Positions 1 through 8,043 of a stretch of DNA of 64,000 nt are shown in pieces (the stretch's first letter is position 1; every line of letters starts with the position of its first letter). The position numbers were made by a program, and so were the translations under genes. The stretch covers positions 810,211-874,210 of the forward strand of contig CAXXFL010000005.1 in the NCBI GenBank assembly GCA_963674965.2, given 5' to 3'. The notes under the pieces are model-generated. The model ran no database searches and was not told the origin of the DNA. It saw only the letters and a list, made by a program, of their open reading frames with translations. The DNA comes from a bacterium. Lineage in GTDB: Bacteria > RBG-13-61-14 > DATKZS01.

Positions 1-747
1 CTGGAAAGGCGTCCACCAAACCCACGGCTCCACCTGGTGCGGTATGGACTGGGTGGACAGTTTCCCGGCGGCCATTTTTTTAAGCTTGGCCGGATCGGGT
101 ATTTTAAGGGCGTCGCCGAGGGGCACGTCCGAGATGTACATTACGGATGTCCCGCCGAACTCGCTCTCTCCCCAGATATGGTCGATGTACTTGCCGGGGT
201 CCTTCTTGATCCTGTCCCTGGCCTCCTTGATGAGGTCGTCGCGGTCTCCGAAGATGGTGGCGCCCGTCGGGCAGGCCGCCACGCAGGAGGGGCGGTTGTC
301 CCGCTCGCTGGCCCGGCACTCCTCGTTCATCTTGCACTTGACCACGTAGGGCACGGGCTTGTCCCACTCGTAGCGGGGGACCATGAAGGGACACGCCAGC
401 ATGCAGTAGCGGCACCCGATGCACTTGTCGGCGTCGTAAACGACCGGCCCGTCCTCGCGCTTGTCGAACGCTCCGACCAGGCAGGCGGCCTTGCAGGCGG
501 GATCGATGCAATGCATGCACTGCCGGCGCACGTTCCTTATTTCCCCGGCGCTTTTGCCGGCTATCTTGACGATCGAGGTGAGCCTCCTGCCGCTCAGTCC
601 GTCCTTCGCCTTGTAATGGGCGGGGACGTCCCTGGGCAGCTTGTTAGCCTGAACGCACGCCTCGACGCATCTCTCACATCCAATGCACTTGGTCACGTCG
701 GTGAGGATGCCCTTCATTTTTCCGTTGCCGGAATGGCCCGAGCTCAT
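1..747 (-). CDS. HybA/HmcB/FdnH-like four-cluster 4Fe-4S electron-transfer protein (runs off the left edge)
   Basis: Translated by hand (not in ORF track): MSSGHSGNGKMKGILTDVTKCIGCERCVEAC...RQCMHCIDPACKAACLVGA...KCIGCRYCMLACPF...KCKMNEEC...PSCVAACPTGA...HIWGESEFGGTSVMY; AAGGAGG RBS upstream. Confidence 0.85.
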   Translation of the reverse strand, partial: MSSGHSGNGKMKGILTDVTKCIGCERCVEACVQANKLPRDVPAHYKAKDGLSGRRLTSIVKIAGKSAGEIRNVRRQCMHCIDPACKAACLVGAFDKREDGPVVYDADKCIGCRYCMLACPFMVPRYEWDKPVPYVVKCKMNEECRASERDNRPSCVAACPTGATIFGDRDDLIKEARDRIKKDPGKYIDHIWGESEFGGTSVMYISDVPLGDALKIPDPAKLKKMAAGKLSTQSIPHQVEPWVWWTPFQ

Positions 748-794
748 TAAAAGCCCTCCTTATATCCACCGCTGAGGATCGTCTCGGCGGCCTT

Positions 795-2312
795 TTATCG
801 TTTGACGTGGCAATCGTCGCAATCGGTCGGACCGGCCAGCCTCTCGTGACAGACGATGCACGAGTCGTGCACCACGTCGCCCAGGCTGGGTATGCCCGTC
901 CTCCATTCCTCGACCGGGTTCGTTTCCTTTTCCGATACGTGGCACTCGCCGCACTTGAGGGGAACGTCGGTCCCCTCGGGGCAGTCGAGGCCGCCGCATT
1001 TAAGGACCCGTTTGCCGTCCTTTTTCCAGGTATTGTGATGGCACTCCCGGCAGGAGAAGGCCATGTCCTGGGCGTGGAACCGGTGCGACCAGTTGGCCTC
1101 GCCCTTGGAGGTCTGGTGCATGAACTGGCCAAAGCTCCTGTCCGGGGCGTGACACCCCTCGCACTCGGTGGGACCGTCTTTTTCCTTCTCGTGGCAGCCG
1201 ATGCATCCGGTGGCCTCTCCGCCCTGGTTCCAGTGCATGGCGTCGGCCAGGGACGGCACGTCCTCGAACTGAAGATCGTCCCGCCCGTGACAGGCGCGGC
1301 AGGCCAGGTAAGGCTCGTTCTCCACGCCGCCGTGCTTGTGGTGGCAGACATTGCAGTCGCGCTCGGAGGGCGCGGCGTGACGCTCGTGGCTCCAGACCAC
1401 GGTCCCGGCCGTTCCGCCGGGGAGCATGGACGGGTTCGAGCGGTGGCACTCTCCGCAGGTTATGGGCATGCCCTTGCCCGCGTCGGGATGATCGGCGTGG
1501 TGGCAATCGAGGCAACGCTCGTGCAGGGCCTCCTCGACGCTGGGCGCGCCCTCCTTGACGGCCATGCCGGTATGGCAGTCCACGCACCTTTCGGCGCCCA
1601 GCTCGGGGTTGTACTCGGTATGACAGGTGAAGCAACGCTTGTGCGCCAGTTCCTCGTGGTCCTCGATGCCCGTGCGCATGGAAAGGGACATTACCTCGGC
1701 CGGCTGGTGGCAGGAGTCGCAGGCCCGGTACTCGCTCTCGAGCACGGGCTTTTCCTCGGTCCCCTTGTCCTTGTGGTGGCAGTACTCGCAGTCCAGCTCC
1801 ATGTAGCGGGAGTGCTCGCGGTGGTCCCACTCGACCTTGCCCATACGGCCGGTGAAGCGCTGCATATGGCAGTCGCGGCAACCCACGGGTCCCTGGTTCT
1901 TGACCACGTGGCAGCCCATGCACTTCGAGTGATAGGCGGTCATCGAGTCGCTCGCCGCGGGTCCCACGCCCTCCTCTTTTTTCATCATTTCCTTGAGGCG
2001 GACGTCGGCCAGCACCACGGAGTCGGCGCTGCTTTTCAGATGGTGACAGTCCTTGCACGGCTTGGGCGTGGTGGCCCCGGCTTTTTCCGCCGCGTCCATG
2101 GCGGACTTGTGGTGGCAGTCGGTGCACTTGACGTCCTTCATCCGGGCGTGAAGCTCATGATTCCAGATCACGTCGCCGATCCTGGCCGGCAGGGTATGGT
2201 CCGGCTCGCCGCTGGGGCGAAGGAGCATGCCTCCCGCGCCGGTCCCGATGAGCACCAATATGGCGGCCAACAGATACTCGACTTTGATTTGTTTACCTTT
2301 CACTGCTATCAT
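795..2312 (-). CDS. Multiheme class III (c3-type) cytochrome c, 18 CxxCH motifs, N-terminal hydrophobic segment
   Basis: 18 CxxCH counted; four W[NDS]HxxH distal-ligand motifs mark four c3-like domains. Confidence 0.92.
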   Translation of the reverse strand: MIAVKGKQIKVEYLLAAILVLIGTGAGGMLLRPSGEPDHTLPARIGDVIWNHELHARMKDVKCTDCHHKSAMDAAEKAGATTPKPCKDCHHLKSSADSVVLADVRLKEMMKKEEGVGPAASDSMTAYHSKCMGCHVVKNQGPVGCRDCHMQRFTGRMGKVEWDHREHSRYMELDCEYCHHKDKGTEEKPVLESEYRACDSCHQPAEVMSLSMRTGIEDHEELAHKRCFTCHTEYNPELGAERCVDCHTGMAVKEGAPSVEEALHERCLDCHHADHPDAGKGMPITCGECHRSNPSMLPGGTAGTVVWSHERHAAPSERDCNVCHHKHGGVENEPYLACRACHGRDDLQFEDVPSLADAMHWNQGGEATGCIGCHEKEKDGPTECEGCHAPDRSFGQFMHQTSKGEANWSHRFHAQDMAFSCRECHHNTWKKDGKRVLKCGGLDCPEGTDVPLKCGECHVSEKETNPVEEWRTGIPSLGDVVHDSCIVCHERLAGPTDCDDCHVKR

Positions 2313-2414
2313 CCCTTTTCACGCGGGACGCCATATCCCGCGTCCGATTTGCGCCGGCGGCCTTTGCCGCTATCTTATTTTTTACGGCGGTCTTTTCCGC
2401 CCTGGTGTTTCAAA

Positions 2415-2891
2415 ATGTCCCGTTTCGGCATAATCATAAAAACTTCCGACGGCCGCGCCGTCGTCCGGACCTCGCGCCGGGGCGTTTGCGAGTCCTGTTC
2501 CGAGCGCGAGACCTGCACCTTCGAGACGGCGCTCGGTAAGGACGTCCCCGAGGAGGTCGAGGTTTTAAACCCGATCAACGCCTCGACCGGAGACGCGGTC
2601 GAGTTCGACCTGCCCGGCCATTCCGAGCTTAAGGTCTCCCTCCTCATCTGGGCCGTGCCCCTCGCCGGGCTTATTCTCGGCGGAGCGGCCGGCGCGCTGG
2701 CGGGCGACGCGCTGGGCGTCGACCCCAACCTGACCACCCTGGCCGGAGTGGCCGTCGGCCTCGCCGCCGGAATGCTTCCGGTCATCCTCATGGACCGCGC
2801 GGCCGCGAGCGACCCCAAATATACTCCCCGCGTAATCCGGGTCGTGCCCGTCTCCACCTGCCCGACCTCGGTCAGGGAAGACGCCCCCTGA
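2415..2891 (+). CDS. rseC: RseC/MucC family membrane protein
   Basis: MSRFGIIIK...CESCSERETC Cys motif, GDAVEF, two TM helices, PRVIRV tail; adjacent to rnf. Confidence 0.8.
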   Translation: MSRFGIIIKTSDGRAVVRTSRRGVCESCSERETCTFETALGKDVPEEVEVLNPINASTGDAVEFDLPGHSELKVSLLIWAVPLAGLILGGAAGALAGDALGVDPNLTTLAGVAVGLAAGMLPVILMDRAAASDPKYTPRVIRVVPVSTCPTSVREDAP

Positions 2892-5111
2892 TCAGGGCGA
2901 GTTACGCAAAAGTTCCTCCAGCTTCTCGAGGCCCGACTTGTCGGTACCCTCGAGTATCTTTTTATGCTTGTCCTTCTCGGCGTCCGAGTAAAAACAGATC
3001 GTGCCGCAGCGCATGCACCGGTTGGCCTCCGCCTCGATAAGGTCCTGGGTAAGGTTCAGGTCGACCTCGTCGAAGCTCTTGATCCTCTCCTTGGCCGGAA
3101 GCTCGGGCTGAGGCTGCTTCGGGAGCTTGGCCACGCCGAACACCGGCTCCTCGCCCGAGTCGGGGTTTCGCGTGGGCTTGTAGGACACGCCCTTGGGAAA
3201 GCGCATGTCCTTGCCCTCGAGATAAAGATGGATGCTCCGCGCCGCCTGCCTGCCCGTGCCGATGGCCTCGACCACCAGGCCCGGACCGGTCCAGATGTCG
3301 CCCGCCGTAAAGATGTGGGGCACGGTCGATTGAAGCGTTTCCTCGTCGGCCACGATGGTGGCCCACCTGGTCAGTTCGAGGCCCCGCTCCTTCATGTCAT
3401 CGCTCAGCCAGTCGGTGCGGGGCCGCTGGCCGATGGCGGCGATGACCACGTCCACGTCCATCAGGGTCTCGGACCCCTCCTTGGGAACGGGCCGGCGACG
3501 TCCCGAGGCGTCGGGCTCTCCCAGTTCCATCTGGATGTACTCGATCTGTTTTAACTTGCCGTCCTCGCCGGCGATCAGCCTGGTGGGGGCCGCCAGGAAG
3601 TGGTACTGCACTCCCTCGTGCTCGGCCGCCACTATCTCGACGTCGTTGGCGGGCATTTCCTTCCTGGTGCGGCGGTAAAGGAGGATGACCTCGGCCGCGT
3701 TCATGCGCAGGGAGCTGCGGCAGGCGTCCATGGCGGTGTTGCCGCCGCCCACCACCACCACGCGCTTGCCCGCCAGGTCCACCTTGATCCCCAGCTCTCT
3801 TTTCTGGAGGAACTCGGTGCCCTTCCAGACGCCCTCCATGTCCTCGCCCTCGACGCGGAGGGACGAGTTGTCCCACGCTCCCATGGCCAGGAGGATGGCG
3901 TCGAACTCCTTCTCGAGCTCGGCTATCTTGATGTCCGTTCCCAGGTTGACGTTGTATTTCGCCTCGACGCCCAGGTCGAGAATCTCCTGGATTTCCCAGT
4001 CGAGTATCTTCTTGGGCAGCCGGTACTCGGGGATGCCGTAGCGGAGCATGCCGCCGTAGGCCGGCTTGTTGTCGAAGATGGTGACGGCGTGACCCATCCT
4101 GCGCAGGAAGTAAGCCGCCGTCAGGCCGCAGGGACCGCCGCCGATGACGGCCACCTTCTTGCCCGTGTCGGGCAGGCACGAGGGCTTCTTGCGCTCGGGC
4201 AGGGCCCTTTCCCAGTCGGCCACGAAACGCTTGATATAGTTATGATGGACCGGCTCGTCCTCGATGGCGACCCTCCTGCATCCGGCCTCGCAGGGGGCCG
4301 GGCACACGCGGCCGCACACCAGGGGCAGGGGGTTCCTTTCCTTGATGATATTAACCGCCTCCTCGTATTTGCCCTCGGCCGCGAACTCGACGTAGGCCGG
4401 GATGTCGATCTGGGCCGGGCAGAGCTGCTTGCAGGGGGCCAGGCACTCGTCGCTCGTATTGAAATGGAGGAGTCTCTGTGAGGTCGAGTACAGATGGATG
4501 ACGTCCATGGGACAAATCTTTTCGCAGGTCCCGCAGCCCACGCACTTGGAGGCGTCCACCTCGGGCGTTCCCTCGGGCCCCATCTTCAGGGCGCCGAAGG
4601 GGCAGGCCTCGACGCAGGAGCCAAGGCCCAGGCAGCCGTGCTTGCACCAGATGTCCCCGCCCCATACCTCGGCCATGGCCCGGCAGTCCATTACGCCGTC
4701 GTAGTAATATTTCTTGACCGCCCGATAGCCGCCGTTGCAGTAGTGGTCGGCGATTTTAGGCTCGACGAACCCGACCTCGCCGCCCATGACCTTTGCCACC
4801 TTGGCCGCCACGTCGGGGCCGCCGGCAATGCAGGCGTTCACGGGCGCGTCACCGGCCACGATGGCCTCGGCGCAGGCCGAGCACCCGGTGAAGCCGCAGC
4901 CGCCGCAGTTGGCGCCCGGCAGGGAGTCCTCGACCTGGACCACGCGGGGGTCGACCTCGACGTGGAATATTCGGGAGGCCGCCGCCAGGACTATGGCCGC
5001 CACGCCGCCCACCGCCAGCATCAGCAGCATGGGCAAAAGGGTCAGCATGGTCGGGTTGCCAGAATAACTCGCGTAAATGTCCTGCATTATTTTCGCGATA
5101 GAGTCCATCAC
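2892..5111 (-). CDS. rnfB: RnfB fused to a GltD/NfnB-like FAD/NAD(P)H oxidoreductase
   Basis: N-terminal TM, LPGANCGGCGFTGC, ferredoxin motifs, then CPAQIDIP/NPLPLVCGRVCPAPCE, GGGPCG, GGGNTAMD, YRRT, EANRCMRCG. Confidence 0.88.
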   Translation of the reverse strand: MMDSIAKIMQDIYASYSGNPTMLTLLPMLLMLAVGGVAAIVLAAASRIFHVEVDPRVVQVEDSLPGANCGGCGFTGCSACAEAIVAGDAPVNACIAGGPDVAAKVAKVMGGEVGFVEPKIADHYCNGGYRAVKKYYYDGVMDCRAMAEVWGGDIWCKHGCLGLGSCVEACPFGALKMGPEGTPEVDASKCVGCGTCEKICPMDVIHLYSTSQRLLHFNTSDECLAPCKQLCPAQIDIPAYVEFAAEGKYEEAVNIIKERNPLPLVCGRVCPAPCEAGCRRVAIEDEPVHHNYIKRFVADWERALPERKKPSCLPDTGKKVAVIGGGPCGLTAAYFLRRMGHAVTIFDNKPAYGGMLRYGIPEYRLPKKILDWEIQEILDLGVEAKYNVNLGTDIKIAELEKEFDAILLAMGAWDNSSLRVEGEDMEGVWKGTEFLQKRELGIKVDLAGKRVVVVGGGNTAMDACRSSLRMNAAEVILLYRRTRKEMPANDVEIVAAEHEGVQYHFLAAPTRLIAGEDGKLKQIEYIQMELGEPDASGRRRPVPKEGSETLMDVDVVIAAIGQRPRTDWLSDDMKERGLELTRWATIVADEETLQSTVPHIFTAGDIWTGPGLVVEAIGTGRQAARSIHLYLEGKDMRFPKGVSYKPTRNPDSGEEPVFGVAKLPKQPQPELPAKERIKSFDEVDLNLTQDLIEAEANRCMRCGTICFYSDAEKDKHKKILEGTDKSGLEKLEELLRNSP

Positions 5112-5162
5112 CCACCTCTTTTAATGACAAGTAAAACCATTTAGTACGGCCTCATCCAAAAA

Positions 5163-5774
5163 TCAGATCATGCCCTTGAAGGCGAAAAAGCTAAGGGCCA
5201 GAAGGCCGGCCGTGACAAGGCCGATCCCCGTTCCATCCAACACCTTGGGTATCCGGGATATCTCGAACTTCTCCCGGATGCCGGCGAAAAGAATCAGCGC
5301 CAGCCCGAAGCCGCAGGCCGCGGCGGCGGAGTAAACCAGGGCCACGATCAGCTCGTGGCCGGCCCAGACCTTGGTGTACTCCTTGAAATTTTTTATGTTC
5401 AGGAGCGTGACGCCCATGACGGCGCAGTTGGTCGTTATCAGGGGCAGGAAGATACCGAGCGACTTGTAAAGGGCCGGTATGGATTTTCTCAGGAACATCT
5501 CGACGAACTGGACCAGGGTGGCTATAACCAGGATGAAGGCCAGTGTCTGAATATACTCGAGCTTAAGGGGCTTAAGGAACATGAAGTAGGCCAGCCAGGT
5601 GAAAAGGGCGGCCAGGGTCAGGACGAAGACGACGGCCCCCGCCATTCCCACGGCCGTGTCCATTTTCTTGGACACGCCCAAAAAGGGGCAGTTGCCGAGG
5701 AACTGGGCCAGCAGTATGTTGTTGATAAAGATGGCCGCCACAACCAGGGCGATCATATCCGTGAAGACTTCCAT
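5163..5774 (-). CDS. rnfA: Rnf complex subunit A
   Basis: FLGNCPFLGVSKK, LGIFLPLITTNCAVMG. Confidence 0.95.
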   Translation of the reverse strand: MEVFTDMIALVVAAIFINNILLAQFLGNCPFLGVSKKMDTAVGMAGAVVFVLTLAALFTWLAYFMFLKPLKLEYIQTLAFILVIATLVQFVEMFLRKSIPALYKSLGIFLPLITTNCAVMGVTLLNIKNFKEYTKVWAGHELIVALVYSAAAACGFGLALILFAGIREKFEISRIPKVLDGTGIGLVTAGLLALSFFAFKGMI

Positions 5775-5786
5775 GTTCTTTTCCCC

Positions 5787-6395
5787 TTACTTGTTGCCCA
5801 GCTTGCCGAGCACGTTCATCACGCCGAGCATAAGGCCAAGGGCCATGAAGGCGCCGGGGGCCTGCTGGAGGATGGCGAAGGGCTCGAAATTAAGGCCCAT
5901 GGCCTCGAAAAGCTTCCACCCGAAAATCTCGCCGGCGCCGAAAATTTCCCTGAGTCCGCCCAGCACGGTAAGGGACATGGTAAAGCCGAGTCCCATTCCC
6001 AGCCCGTCGGCCATGGAGGCGATGACTCCGTTCTTTTTGGCGAAGGCCTCTGCCCTTCCCAGTATGATGCAGTTGACCACGATCAGGGGAATGAATATTC
6101 CCAGGCTCTCGTAAAGAGGATACACGAAGGCCTTGGTGAACATCTCGACGCAGACCACGAATGTGGCCACGATCACGATGTAACACGCGACCCTGACCTC
6201 GTCGGGTATGACCTTTCTGAGGGCGGAGATGAAGACGTTGGAGCAGACCAGGACGAAGGTCGCGGCCAGCCCCATGCCTATTCCGTTTTCCATGGACGTG
6301 GTTACGGCCAGGGTCGGGCATAGTCCCAGCACGAACCGGAAAGGAGGAATCTCCTTCCATAGTCCCTTGGTAAATTCCTGAGTGATGGTACTCAT
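5787..6395 (-). CDS. rnfE: Rnf complex subunit E
   Basis: LGLCPTLAVT, LGIFIPLIVVNCIILGRAEAFA. Confidence 0.95.
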   Translation of the reverse strand: MSTITQEFTKGLWKEIPPFRFVLGLCPTLAVTTSMENGIGMGLAATFVLVCSNVFISALRKVIPDEVRVACYIVIVATFVVCVEMFTKAFVYPLYESLGIFIPLIVVNCIILGRAEAFAKKNGVIASMADGLGMGLGFTMSLTVLGGLREIFGAGEIFGWKLFEAMGLNFEPFAILQQAPGAFMALGLMLGVMNVLGKLGNK

Positions 6396-6413
6396 ATTCC
6401 CAATCTCCCGCTC

Positions 6414-7034
6414 TTATTTAACGGCCTCTTCAAGCTCGTCCTTGTGTTGGTCATAGGTTGCCTTGGCTTTTCTGATGGCGTCGGCCACGGCCCCGCTGGA
6501 CTTGGTAGCCCCGCTCACCTGGTCGATGATCCCGCCGTTTTTCTTGATCTTGAAGACGGAGTCCTTGCTCATGCCGATGAACTGATGCTGGAAGGCGGGC
6601 TCAGTAACCCTGGCGCCCAGGCCCGGGGTCTCAGAGTGAGTGGTGATACCGATGCCGTCCAGGTTTCCCGACTGGATATTGAAGCCGACCATGACGCCGA
6701 TGTTGCCGCCGTAGCCGCCCTCCCCCTCGCGCTCGATCACGATGGTGTTTGGCTTGCCGTCTTTTTTCGTCACGAACATAAGAAGTTCCTGTTCCTCTCC
6801 GACGTCAATCATTTTATAGCTGGAGAGAAGCTCTTGCGTGACCTTTTCCTCGTCCGCCTCGCTCATCTTGCCGGAAACTCCCTCGATGATGCTTATCACG
6901 GCCGGGACCTTTTTAAACTTGAGCACGTTCTGCTCGCCCTTTTCCTTGGTGAGCCTGTTAAGTCCGCCGAGGGCGATTCCGCTGATGAGGCTTATTCCCA
7001 CCAGGACGACGATCATTTTGATCATGTTACCCAT
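6414..7034 (-). CDS. rnfG: Rnf complex subunit G (covalent FMN)
   Basis: N-terminal TM, GYGG, HSETPGLG, DQVSGATKSS flavinylation motif. Confidence 0.93.
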   Translation of the reverse strand: MGNMIKMIVVLVGISLISGIALGGLNRLTKEKGEQNVLKFKKVPAVISIIEGVSGKMSEADEEKVTQELLSSYKMIDVGEEQELLMFVTKKDGKPNTIVIEREGEGGYGGNIGVMVGFNIQSGNLDGIGITTHSETPGLGARVTEPAFQHQFIGMSKDSVFKIKKNGGIIDQVSGATKSSGAVADAIRKAKATYDQHKDELEEAVK

Positions 7035-8013
7035 TTTGGATCACCACCTCCGTAACCTTGGGCCTGATCCTGTCAAGCAAGGGGTTAAGGACGTTGGACA
7101 AAAGCACGGCGAAGGGTATGGCGTCGGGCCATTGTCCATAGGTCCGAATCAGCATTATAAGGAGTCCCATGCATATCCCGAAGAGCCAGGCGGGCAGATT
7201 GTTGGTGGGGGAGCTGGTCGAGTCCGTTGCCAGGAAGAAGGCCGCAATAATGACGTGTCCGGAAATAAATTGAGCGGCCATGATCTCGGCCAGAGACCCG
7301 CCGCCCAGTTTTTCCGGCGCCACCGACCCGAAGATCAGCGAGCCCAGGATTACGCCGCCGATCACGGCCGCTGGTATCTGCCACCTAATATGGCCGAGGG
7401 CGCAAAGTGCGATCCCGCCGGCGGCGGTGGTAAGGATCACGGCGAAGTGGGCCGAGGCGATGCTTTTCATTCCCACCGGATAGATATGGTGGGGCCATGA
7501 AAGAAGGAGTATAAGCCATCCCACCATGGCCGGATGGAACGGATAACTTCCGATGCCGCCGTAAAGCTGCTTGCCGATGAGTATGGCCAGGAACACGCCG
7601 ATGACCAGGGTCCACCAGGGCACCGAGACGGGCATGAACATGGCCACTAAAAGTCCCATCAGTGCCCCGTGTCCGTTCATGGCGTGATAGGGCTGGCGGA
7701 AGAGCACCTGGATCAGGTACTCGGCCGCGACCCCGACGCCCATGCCCATGGCCAGGACCCCGCCGGCCCCGATCGAGGCGAGGAGGCCGGGACTGATCCC
7801 GAACTCCCGAACGATGGACCCGAGAAGCCACTCGAGCCCCGTGGCCCGGCCGAGGACGTGCATTTCATCGGTCATGAACCCGTGGGCTATGACCCCGATG
7901 GCGGCCGCCGGAAGAAGCGCCAGAATGAAGGCGTAGTTCATCTGGGTGACGCTCGTCTTCGAGCGCCAGTGCGGCCCGGGACCCACGGTGAACAAAGTCT
8001 CTCTAGACTCCAT
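7027..8013 (-). CDS. rnfD: Rnf complex subunit D, short variant
   Basis: GPHWRS, GKQLYGGIGSYPFHPAMVG, FFLATDSTSSP, FAVLLSNVLNPLLD. Confidence 0.88.
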   Translation of the reverse strand: MESRETLFTVGPGPHWRSKTSVTQMNYAFILALLPAAAIGVIAHGFMTDEMHVLGRATGLEWLLGSIVREFGISPGLLASIGAGGVLAMGMGVGVAAEYLIQVLFRQPYHAMNGHGALMGLLVAMFMPVSVPWWTLVIGVFLAILIGKQLYGGIGSYPFHPAMVGWLILLLSWPHHIYPVGMKSIASAHFAVILTTAAGGIALCALGHIRWQIPAAVIGGVILGSLIFGSVAPEKLGGGSLAEIMAAQFISGHVIIAAFFLATDSTSSPTNNLPAWLFGICMGLLIMLIRTYGQWPDAIPFAVLLSNVLNPLLDRIRPKVTEVVIQNG

Positions 8014-8043
8014 TATCTACCCCCGCAAATTTATACCAAGCGC

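Noticed and set aside
807-2414. 5' part of the 694-aa plus-strand ORF
   Set aside because: Antisense shadow of the cytochrome; only the part from 2415 (rseC) looks like protein.
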